Assembly (NCBI GenBank): GCA_036558285.1
Contig: DATBFW010000145.1
Coordinates: 19,214-83,213, forward strand
Reading direction: 5' to 3'
DNA length: 64,000 nucleotides
From: Mycobacteriales bacterium
Lineage (GTDB): Bacteria > Actinomycetota > Actinomycetes > Mycobacteriales > CADCTP01
Position numbers and translations under genes: made by a program. Shown here one piece after another: positions 16,301 through 23,420 of this stretch. Under the pieces are notes generated by a model that saw only the letters and a list, made by a program, of their open reading frames with translations, made no database searches and was not told the origin of the DNA. Within the stretch, counting starts at the first letter, position 1. Every line of letters begins with the position of its first letter.

Positions 16301-18267
16301 ACCGCCTCCTCGGCGCCCGGCTCGACCACCAGGACGCCCTCGTCGAGGGCCGGGGCGAGCTGCCGTTCCAGCGTGTCGGCCGGCTCGCCGGTGGCGGTCT
16401 GCAGCGCGTTGGCGGTGGCGCGCCCGCCGAGGCACGCCATCGCCTCGACCAACTGCCGGGACGGCGCCGGCATGTCCGCGACCGGCGTCGGCAGCGGCCC
16501 CCCGGCGTCGGGCCGGTCGAGGCGCTCACGGGCGGCGGCTGCGTCCCAGCGCCAGCCGCCGCCGGTCGCGGTGAGCACGCCCTCGCGGCGCAGCGCGTTG
16601 AGCAGTTCCACCGTCTCGTACGGGTTGCCGGCGGTGTGCAGCCCGACCAGCTCGGCCAGCTCCGCCGCGTCGGCCGGGTCCGCCCGCAGCATCTCGGCGA
16701 CCATGGTGGTCAGGCCGGCGGCGGGCAGGTTGGCGAGCCGGACGTGCCGCACGCCGGCCCGGTCCTGCCACCGGGACAGCGGCCCTGCCAGCGGATTCGC
16801 GCCGGTCACCGCCTGCTCCCGGTACGCGCACACGACCAGCAGGCCCTCGATCGGCTCGTCCTCCTCCAGCAGGAGGTCGACGAAGCCGAGCGGGGTTCGG
16901 CCGACCCACTGCAGGTCGTCGAGGACGAGCACGATCGGTCGCGCCGGTGACGCGGCCGCCCGCAGCACCTCGACGCCGTTGCGCTGGCCGCGGATCTGCA
17001 CGGTCATCGGATCCCCGGTGTCCGGCGGCACCGCCAGCAGCGCGCCGTACTCCGGGACCACCGCGGCCATCAGGCCGGCGCTGGCACCGAGCGCCGCCCG
17101 CATCCGCTCGCGCACCTCGACCAGCTCGTCCTCCGGCTCGGCCAGCAGCAGCCGGCCGAGCGTGCGGAACGCCCGGTAGACCGCGCTGGCCTCCAGGTCC
17201 CGCCGGTACTGGTCGAACTTGCCGGCCACGAACCAGCCGCCGGCGCGGGTCACCACTGGCCGCAGCTCGTCGATCAGCGCGGTCTTGCCGACCCCGGCCG
17301 CGCCGCCGACGAGCACCGCCCGGCCGCGCCCGGCGAGCGCGTCGTCGAACGCCTCGTGCAGCGTCGCGACCTCGGCCTCGCGGCCCACCAGCCTGGACGG
17401 CGGCAGCAGCCGCAGCGGGACGTCGCCCCGGCCGACGCGCACCGGCGCCGCGGCCCGATCCGGGCGGGCGTCCCGTACCCGCTGGAGGTCGTGGAGCAGG
17501 CCGTCCGCGGTCTGGTAGCGGTTGTCCGGCTCCTTCTCCAGCAGGTGCAGGATGATCTCGGACAGCGGCAGCGGCATGGCGGCGTTCATCTCGGCCGGCG
17601 ACACCGGGACCCGGGCGAGGTGGTCGTGGGTGAGCCGCAGCGGGTCGCCGGCACCGAACGGCGGTGCGCCCGTCGCCAGCTCGTACAGCGTCGCACCTAA
17701 GGCGTACAGGTCGGCCCGCTGGTCCACGGAACGGCCGGTGCGCCCGGTCTGCTCCGGGGCCAGGTACGCGAGCGTGCCGACGATCTCGGTGTGGTGGGTG
17801 AACTCGGGCCGGATCTCGGCCAGCGGCGTCGCCAGGCCGAAGCCGACCAGGCAGGGCGTGCCGTCCCGGGACAGCACGACGTTCGCCGGGGTGATGTCGC
17901 GGTGCAGCACACCCTGGCGGTGCATCCCCGCCACCGCGCCGGCCAGCGCGGACCCCAGCCGGACCAGGGCCGCGGCGTCCAGCGGCGTCGGCGCGCTGGC
18001 CAGGCTGGGGCCGCCGAGGTCCAGCAGCGAGATCGACCCCGGATACCGCGGCTCGTCCAGCAGCTGCACGACCCCGGCGACGCCGACCAGCCGCTGCAGC
18101 ACCGCCCGCTCCTGCCGCAGCCGGCGCTCGGCGTCCGGCCCCAGCGGCTGCTTGCGGATGACCGTCCCGCCGGGGAGGAAGATGCGGGTGACCCGGGTAC
18201 GGCCGGTCTCGCGCAGCACGTCAGCCGGACCAGGCAGCTCTCCGCCTGTCTGCATCGGCGCCTCCAC
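13351..18267 (-). CDS. Multidomain signalling protein: kinase-like domain + AAA/STAND ATPase + helical repeat region + GAF + HisKA_3/HATPase histidine kinase
   Basis: N-terminal HRDITPANVV..LVGFGLAT..LAYLAPEQ. Walker A VLVGGAAGVGKTAL. GAF region ..DPYFAGLSRCSVLALPVLGRESLRAVLLLENR. H-box RRIERDLHDGAQQRLVSL and a C-terminal ATPase (..GGSGLIGVKDRVEALGGRMW). The start may be GTG 18267 or ATG 18255. Confidence 0.92.
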   Translation of the reverse strand: MEAPMQTGGELPGPADVLRETGRTRVTRIFLPGGTVIRKQPLGPDAERRLRQERAVLQRLVGVAGVVQLLDEPRYPGSISLLDLGGPSLASAPTPLDAAALVRLGSALAGAVAGMHRQGVLHRDITPANVVLSRDGTPCLVGFGLATPLAEIRPEFTHHTEIVGTLAYLAPEQTGRTGRSVDQRADLYALGATLYELATGAPPFGAGDPLRLTHDHLARVPVSPAEMNAAMPLPLSEIILHLLEKEPDNRYQTADGLLHDLQRVRDARPDRAAAPVRVGRGDVPLRLLPPSRLVGREAEVATLHEAFDDALAGRGRAVLVGGAAGVGKTALIDELRPVVTRAGGWFVAGKFDQYRRDLEASAVYRAFRTLGRLLLAEPEDELVEVRERMRAALGASAGLMAAVVPEYGALLAVPPDTGDPMTVQIRGQRNGVEVLRAAASPARPIVLVLDDLQWVGRTPLGFVDLLLEEDEPIEGLLVVCAYREQAVTGANPLAGPLSRWQDRAGVRHVRLANLPAAGLTTMVAEMLRADPADAAELAELVGLHTAGNPYETVELLNALRREGVLTATGGGWRWDAAAARERLDRPDAGGPLPTPVADMPAPSRQLVEAMACLGGRATANALQTATGEPADTLERQLAPALDEGVLVVEPGAEEAVRFRHDRIQEAIVRGLGPDRRRDLHLTMARRLAPVPELCAVAAEQYLPVIDALDDPAERERVVELLRRAAEGARSLADHALVCALLGAALTLVDDDRTDALVEIHTRRHAALFGLGRLEEADEEYGILEGMCPLALERADATAVQLSSLTHRNRFADAVALGVAALRDLGIAVPTAERFPAELDAQVDHLYRWLDHVEGSAGPARPDITDPALLAGTRLTNAILPPAFFASDFSLYAWLSLETVRIWLEHGPGRSLIGPATHAANAVMALRGDYAVGYRAMRYALAFGESRGFEPETSLVRASFATLCCWFEPIELAVREAARAREGLVAGGELAWAGYACHTEVAGLLESSPSLDAYVSAVEACLAFVRRTGNAQSGELLDPYRWLGGVLRGESEPAGDVIPIDRPADNPAALVYTHINRAIAAAVLDDAPGLLRHTAAATPLLTAAQGIYPTGVARLLRGLALAGQARGTDGDERAALLAELDELTRWLSARAADGPANFLHLLRLVEAERAWTVGDFRIAVLAFDAARRAVAGRGRPWHRALIDERAARFYLAHGVEHAGLDLLAQARHAYAVWGATAKVAQLDWAHPTLRPDTDPAAGAPVGPRPTVTTGTLDLLGILSASQALSSETSIERLRSRVVQVVSTMTGATGVRLVLWSEDEQAWLPGPGGTGAGRGSDLPMSVLRYVRRARQPLVVDDATCDDRFARDPYFAGLSRCSVLALPVLGRESLRAVLLLENRLIRGAFTSERLDAVRLIAAQLTVSLDNAQLYSELTASRARIVTAADQTRRRIERDLHDGAQQRLVSLAIQARIAKEAGPAGSAELDARLDAIAAEADTAVGELRELARGIHPAALTEGGLGPALRVLARRCTVPVRLDVQVGGRLPEQVEIATYFAVAEMLTNTAKHAEATAVTVDVDADDGVLRVRVSDDGRGGADLHGGSGLIGVKDRVEALGGRMWLTSAPGTGTTVRAELPLARPAAT

Positions 18268-18353
18268 GCTCGGACCTGGGCGCGGCTCCCGCCGTGCCTA
18301 CGCCCGCCCCACCCACTCGCGCAAGAGTGGCACCCAAGCCCGGCCCAACGGCA

Positions 18354-18427
18354 TACCAGCTAGCCGGAAGGGCGAGGCTGCGGATGGCATGGACCCCGGT
18401 AGGCGGCTGGCCGGGCAGACGGCAGCC
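18354..18427 (+). promoter_or_regulatory. Conserved upstream module C: CTAG palindrome (TACCAGCTAGCCGGAA) + TGGCATGG box + GGCTGGCCGGGCAGACGGCAGCC
   Basis: Third copy of the module, in the divergent region between the giant kinase gene and the LuxR solo. First base is 133 nt before ATG 18487. The GGCTG/CAGCC arms are kept although the loop is 3 nt longer. Confidence 0.5.
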
Positions 18428-18486
18428 GTGCCGGCAGCGATGGTTGGTGTACATCGAGCGGAGCGGTGCGACACCGGAGGTAGCTC

Positions 18487-18981
18487 ATGACCGCGGCAAC
18501 GGCCCCGCCGGACGTCCTCGACGGCAGCGCGCCGCTCCCGGGCGGCGGCCCGGCCGGGGACCTGCGGGCCGTGTTCGGCGACCTGATGCGGCTGCACGCG
18601 GAGGCGGCCGGGATCCAGGCCGAGGCGCGCCACCGGGTGCCGCACGACCTGGACGAACGGCTCGCCGGGCTCGCCAGGGGTCTCGGCCGGGCCGCCGGCC
18701 GGCTGTCGTCCTCCTACCCGTCCCCGCACGCCGTCCGGCCCGTCGGGTCCGTCCGGCCCCGTCACTGGCAGGGGTGGGCTGCGCTGACCCCGGCGGAGCT
18801 TGAGGTGATCCGGGTGGTGGTGGCCGGCCGCACCAACCGGGAGGCGGCGGCGCTGCTGTTCCTGTCGCCGCACACGGTCAGCTCACACCTCCGGCACGCG
18901 TACGCGAAGCTCGGCATCAACTCCCGCGTCGAACTGGTCCGCGCGGCGGTGGCCACCGACATCCCCGGGCAGCAGCTGTAA
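18487..18981 (+). CDS. LuxR-family HTH regulator without a receiver domain (LuxR solo)
   Basis: RBS GGAGG. C-terminal LTPAELEVIRVVVAGRTNREAAALLFLSPHTVSSHLRHAYAKLGINSRVEL. The N-terminal ~95 aa has no recognisable domain. Confidence 0.85.
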   Translation: MTAATAPPDVLDGSAPLPGGGPAGDLRAVFGDLMRLHAEAAGIQAEARHRVPHDLDERLAGLARGLGRAAGRLSSSYPSPHAVRPVGSVRPRHWQGWAALTPAELEVIRVVVAGRTNREAAALLFLSPHTVSSHLRHAYAKLGINSRVELVRAAVATDIPGQQL

Positions 18982-19006
18982 CCCTGGCGGGGCTCGCGGA
19001 CATCTG

Positions 19007-19573
19007 ATGGGTATGGAGCCCGACCAGGTCGCCCGCTTCGAGCAGCTGTTCGCGGCGCACTACGGCGACCTGATGCGGTTCGCGACGCGGCGAGTGGGCG
19101 CGGATGCCGCCGGCGACGTCGTCTCCAGCACGTTCCTGGTCGCGTGGCGCCGGCTCGCCGACGTACCCGCCGATCGGAGCCGGGCCTGGCTGTTCGGCAC
19201 CGCCCGCCGGGTGATCGCGAACGAGCTGCGCGGACGCGAACGCCGTGAGCGGCTCGGCCGCCGGGTCGCGGCGCACGTCGACGTGGCGGCCGACGACCAC
19301 GCGGGACCGGTCACCGAGCAGCTGCGGGTCCGGGCCGTGCTCGGCGAGCTCCCACCGGGCGACCAGGAACTGTTGCGCCTGACCGAGTGGGACGGCCTCG
19401 ACATCGACCAGGTCGCCGCCGTCCTCGGCTGTTCCCCCGCCGCGGTGAAGGTGCGCCTGCACCGGGCCCGGCGCCGCTTCGCCAACCGGCTGGCCGCCGC
19501 CGACAGGGCCGACGAGGCCGTCGGTCGCACGGTCCGGCCGATCAGACTTCCCGAAGGGAACGCGACCTCATGA
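19007..19573 (+). CDS. ECF-type RNA polymerase sigma factor
   Basis: Region 2 (FEQLFAAHYGDLMRFATRRV..VSSTFLVAWRR) and region 4 (LPPGDQELLRLTEWDGLDIDQVAAVLGCSPAAVKVRLHRARRRF). Confidence 0.9.
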   Translation: MGMEPDQVARFEQLFAAHYGDLMRFATRRVGADAAGDVVSSTFLVAWRRLADVPADRSRAWLFGTARRVIANELRGRERRERLGRRVAAHVDVAADDHAGPVTEQLRVRAVLGELPPGDQELLRLTEWDGLDIDQVAAVLGCSPAAVKVRLHRARRRFANRLAAADRADEAVGRTVRPIRLPEGNATS

Positions 19574-20328
19574 ACACCACCACCGGCGCTGCCCTGGCCC
19601 GCCTTCGCTCGGTCGATCCGGTGTCCGGCCTGCCCGTGCCGGATGCGCAGGACGTCACCGCCAGGGCCATGCTCGACCAGATCCTCGCCGAACAACCGGG
19701 CGGTACGCCGGGTCATCGCCGCACCCGGCGTCGGCTGGTGATGGCCGGCGTCGTCGCGACGACGGCCGCCGCCGTGGTCGCTGCGGGAGTCGTCACCACC
19801 CCGTGGTCGCACGGTCGGCCGGCATCCGCCGCCTACGCGGTGACGACCGACGGCGACGGCGCGGTGAGCGTGACGGTGTACTGGGACCAGTTGCGCGATC
19901 CCGCGGCGCTCAACGCGGAGCTGGCGAGGCTGGGCGCGCGCACCGTCGTGATGCAGCGCTCGACCGACGGCGCGTGCCGGACGGGGGTCGCGACGGACCC
20001 GGCCCATCCTCCGTACCTGGGCATCAAGTTCGACGAGCACCCCGAGCTGCGTGACCCGGCGAAGTTCCGGGACTACGTGTGGTCGCAGATGCCGTGGATC
20101 GACCAGACGTACCGGTGGACGGACGGGGTGGCCTTCACGATCCGGCCGAACAGGATCCCCACCGGCGACACGCTGCTGATCCCGTACGAGTTCGCCCGCA
20201 CCGAACCGGCGGAGCCCGGCGGCACGGATGCGGCACTCTACGGCTCGATGCTCGTACGGGACGTTCCGGCCTGCTTCCCGGGCACCGCCGATGCCGTGTA
20301 CACGACCAACGGCGTCGAGGTGCGCTGA
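19570..20328 (+). CDS. Membrane-anchored protein, probable anti-sigma partner
   Basis: The start overlaps the sigma stop (ATGA). One TM segment (LVMAGVVATTAAAVVAAGVV). No family recognised for the extracytoplasmic part. Confidence 0.65.
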   Translation: MNTTTGAALARLRSVDPVSGLPVPDAQDVTARAMLDQILAEQPGGTPGHRRTRRRLVMAGVVATTAAAVVAAGVVTTPWSHGRPASAAYAVTTDGDGAVSVTVYWDQLRDPAALNAELARLGARTVVMQRSTDGACRTGVATDPAHPPYLGIKFDEHPELRDPAKFRDYVWSQMPWIDQTYRWTDGVAFTIRPNRIPTGDTLLIPYEFARTEPAEPGGTDAALYGSMLVRDVPACFPGTADAVYTTNGVEVR

Positions 20329-20350
20329 CGGAGCCGGCCCGGGCCGGCCG

Positions 20351-21010
20351 TCACTCGACGGTCACCAGACCGTTCGCGATCTCGATGAGCGTGCCGAGCG
20401 GCAGGACGTGTGACATCAGCTGGACGCCGTCGCCGTCCTCGACCCAGTGCAGCGACGTCTCCCCCGGTCCGCTGCCCCACTCGCCGGACACGCCGCGCAC
20501 GGCCGTGACGCCGGTGGACTCGAAGAAGGCCGGATGCGAGACGACGCCGAGCGGCGAAGGGCCCTGGTTCAGCAGGAACTCGCCACCCGGCCCGGTGAAC
20601 CACTGCGTCCAGGTCGGGCCGTGCCCGCTCTCGGATCGCGGCTGCCAGCCGGAGGCGGGGTGGACCGTGAGCACCCGCCGGAAGACCGGCACCGGGGACC
20701 CGGTCGACCGGTCGATCACCGGCCGATCGCCCGGCGGGCGCGCCAGCCCGACCGCGAGCAGGTAGGAGAAGCCGGCGAGGTCGAGGGCGTGACCGGGCGG
20801 CAGGTCCGCGTCCGGCAGCTGTTCCTGGACGACCAGCTCGATCACCTCGTCCGTCTCGGTGACCTCGGCCTGGTAGCCGCGCCAGCCCGGGTCCGCCGGC
20901 CCGCCCGCCACCGGGCGCAAGCCGGTGATCGACACGTACAAGGTCGCGCCGGCGACCCGCACGCCGTGAATCCGCATGCTGCGGCCCAGCCGTCCGCCCC
21001 AGCCGCTCAC
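20351..21010 (-). CDS. Hypothetical protein
   Basis: ORF with a non-repetitive, balanced composition, unlike off-frame ORFs here. The start is uncertain (GTG 21010 or ATG 20977). No family recognised. Confidence 0.55.
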   Translation of the reverse strand: MSGWGGRLGRSMRIHGVRVAGATLYVSITGLRPVAGGPADPGWRGYQAEVTETDEVIELVVQEQLPDADLPPGHALDLAGFSYLLAVGLARPPGDRPVIDRSTGSPVPVFRRVLTVHPASGWQPRSESGHGPTWTQWFTGPGGEFLLNQGPSPLGVVSHPAFFESTGVTAVRGVSGEWGSGPGETSLHWVEDGDGVQLMSHVLPLGTLIEIANGLVTVE

Positions 21011-21143
21011 CCAGCCCTCACCCCCACCGAGATCCTAGGGATCACCCCCGAACAAGGCACCGTCGGCGGCGGTTCGCCGAGCAGGATGAGACCCTGGGGT
21101 CGCCGGCCGACAGTCACCTGCACGCCGAACGCTGGCAGGTGTC

Positions 21144-21497
21144 TCAGTCGGTGTGGTGGACGATGTTGACCACGTTGCCGTCCGGGGCGCGGACCAGGAA
21201 CCGGTGCACTCCCCACGCCTCCGTGGTCAGTGGATGGACTATCTCGTAGCCGAGCCGCTGCGCCTCCGCGTAGGCGCTCTCGACGTCGTCGGTGTGGATG
21301 GAGATGACCGCGTCGTCCGCCGCGGCCGCGTCGCGGGTCAGCAGCTGCAGCCGCGCGCCGGTCTCCGGCGAGGTGTAGCGCGCCACCCAGCCCATGTTGA
21401 ACTCCTCGGTGGTCAGGCCGAGAAAGTCGGTGTAGAAGCCCTTCGCGGCCTCGATGTCGGCCACTCGAAGGTTGGCCATGATGCGCCTGGCCCGCAT
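21144..21497 (-). CDS. VOC (glyoxalase/bleomycin-resistance) family protein
   Basis: AGGAGG lies 6 nt before ATG 21497. MANLRVADIEAAKGFYTDFLGL..VHRFLVRAPDGNVVNIV. Confidence 0.85.
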   Translation of the reverse strand: MRARRIMANLRVADIEAAKGFYTDFLGLTTEEFNMGWVARYTSPETGARLQLLTRDAAAADDAVISIHTDDVESAYAEAQRLGYEIVHPLTTEAWGVHRFLVRAPDGNVVNIVHHTD

Positions 21498-21618
21498 GCG
21501 GTCCTCCTGTCTACGACGGGACGTGCACGATGATCGTCCGGACGGCACGCCTCGCCGGCAAGCACCGGCAGCGGCCATTGCCGCCGCCGGCGGGTCGTGG
21601 TCCGGGATACTCGGCCGG

Positions 21619-23118
21619 GTGAGCTCATCCGGTACGGGGAACCTCGTCACCATCACCAAGGCGCCGCTCGCGATCGAGGACCTGCTGGCGGTCGTCGACG
21701 GGGCGCGGGTGGAGCTGGACGACGCGACGAAAGCCCGGATCGCCGCCGGACGGGCGGTGGTCGACCGGGCGCTCGCCGACGGCCAGGCCGTCTACGGCCT
21801 CACGACGCAGGTCGGCCACGCCAGGAACACCAGGCTCACCGAGGAGGAGATCCTCGGCGAGCAGCGCTTCCTCGTCATCTCGCACGGCGGCGGGATCGGC
21901 CCGCCGCTGCCGACCGCGATCGTGCGGGCCGCCCTCACCGTGCGGCTTAACGGCATCGCCCGCGGGGGATCCGGCGCCGGCGTCGCGGTCGCCGAGATGC
22001 TGGCCGCGATGCTGAACGCCGGGGTGCATCCGGTCGCTGCCGGGACGGCGTCGGTCGGGGCGGCCGACGTCTCGCAGATGGCCGCCATGGCCCAGGTGAC
22101 CATCGGCCTCGGTCGCGCCGAGTACCAGGGAGAGGTGGTCTCCGGCGCCGAGGCGCTGCGCCGCGCCGGGATCGCCCCGCTGGAGCTCGGCGGCAAGGAC
22201 GGGCTGGCGCTCATCTCCGCGAACGGCGTGTCGATCGGCCAGGCGGCGTTGGTGGTCGCCCGGGCCGCGGCCGCGGCGGAGGCCGCGGACGTCGCCGCCG
22301 CGCTGTCGATGGAGGCGATCGAGGCCAACACGTCGATCCTGCAGCCGGTGGTGGGGCGGGCCAAGCCGATCCCGGGGCAGATCGCGGCCGCGGATCACCT
22401 GCGCGCGGTGCTCGCCGGGAGCCCGCTGCTCGTCCCTGGCACCGAGCGGTCCGTCCAGGACCCGCTGTCGTTCCGGGTCGTACCGCAGGTCCACGGGGCG
22501 CTGCGGGAGTACGTGACCGCGGCGCGGGACGCGGTGACGACGGAGCTGAACGCCGCCGCCGACAATCCGCTCGTGTCGGTCACCGACCAGGTGCTGGTCA
22601 GCAACGGCAATTTCCATCCGGTCGTCATGACGATCGCGCACGACGCGCTGCGGATCGCGCTGGCGCAGGTGGGACAGCTCAGCGAACGGCGGATGGGCCA
22701 CCTCTGGGACGCCTTCTTCCGGCATCCGGTGAGCAGCCTGCCCACGGTGGGCTACGGCCTGCAGCTGCGCTACCCGGCGGCCGCCCTGTTCCCCGAACTG
22801 AAGCAGCTCGCGGCACCGGCGAGCCTGGACACACCGCCGCTCGACCTCGACGTCGAGGACCACGGCACCAGCGCGCCGCTGAGCGTACGGAAGACCGACG
22901 CGGCGCTCGGCCTGCTCGAGGACCTGCTGGCGATCGAGCTGTTGCTGGCCCGGGACGTGCTGGCGACGGCGCCCGTCCCGCCCATGCTCGGCGCCGGCAC
23001 GGCGGCGGCCGTGCAGACGGCTGAGCAGGCGATCGCCGCCGCCGACCCGTACCCGGACGCCGTCCACCGTGCCCTGCGCGACCGTTTCCCGGCCCCGCCG
23101 GTAACCAGGGATCGATAG
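21619..23118 (+). CDS. Histidine/aromatic amino-acid ammonia-lyase family protein lacking the MIO-forming Ala-Ser-Gly triad
   Basis: Family-wide similarity (YGLTTQVGHA, ALISANGVS, QDPLSFRVVPQVHGA, NAAADNPLV, NGNFHP). Where GSVGASGDLAPL is expected the protein reads TASVGAADVSQM (22045-22080). Start GTG 21619 chosen by alignment logic. Confidence 0.85.
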   Translation: MSSSGTGNLVTITKAPLAIEDLLAVVDGARVELDDATKARIAAGRAVVDRALADGQAVYGLTTQVGHARNTRLTEEEILGEQRFLVISHGGGIGPPLPTAIVRAALTVRLNGIARGGSGAGVAVAEMLAAMLNAGVHPVAAGTASVGAADVSQMAAMAQVTIGLGRAEYQGEVVSGAEALRRAGIAPLELGGKDGLALISANGVSIGQAALVVARAAAAAEAADVAAALSMEAIEANTSILQPVVGRAKPIPGQIAAADHLRAVLAGSPLLVPGTERSVQDPLSFRVVPQVHGALREYVTAARDAVTTELNAAADNPLVSVTDQVLVSNGNFHPVVMTIAHDALRIALAQVGQLSERRMGHLWDAFFRHPVSSLPTVGYGLQLRYPAAALFPELKQLAAPASLDTPPLDLDVEDHGTSAPLSVRKTDAALGLLEDLLAIELLLARDVLATAPVPPMLGAGTAAAVQTAEQAIAAADPYPDAVHRALRDRFPAPPVTRDR

Positions 23119-23183
23119 CGTGTCGGGAGATCCGCCGGTCGGCGCCCGCCCGGGAGGGCCCGCCGCAGGAGCTGGGAGCTGAC

Positions 23184-23420
23184 ATGGACGGTGGGACGGT
23201 GGCCGTGGCGGTGGTCGACAACCGCATCGAGGCAGAGCTGATCGCCGGGCTGCTGCGCAGTCATGGCGTCCGCGCCGCGGTGACGGCGGACGACGCCGGC
23301 GGCCAGGAACCGCAGCTGCAGCTGGACGGTGTCCGGGTGCTGGTGGCCCGCGCCGACGAGACCGTCGCCCGGGAGCTGCTCGCCGCCGCCGACGACACCG
23401 ACACGACCAGCGAGCGCTAG
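23184..23420 (+). CDS. Small DUF2007-like (putative signal-transducing) protein
   Basis: RBS GGGAG. VAVAVVDNRIEAELIAGLLRSHGVRAAV..GVRVLVARADETVARELL matches the pattern of that family. Confidence 0.7.
   Translation: MDGGTVAVAVVDNRIEAELIAGLLRSHGVRAAVTADDAGGQEPQLQLDGVRVLVARADETVARELLAAADDTDTTSER

Noticed and set aside
21031-21043. Palindrome GATCC-TAG-GGATC upstream of the hypothetical gene 20351-21010.
   Set aside because: It has short 5-bp arms, is a single occurrence and has no associated regulator. It is noted only because it contains the rare CTAG.
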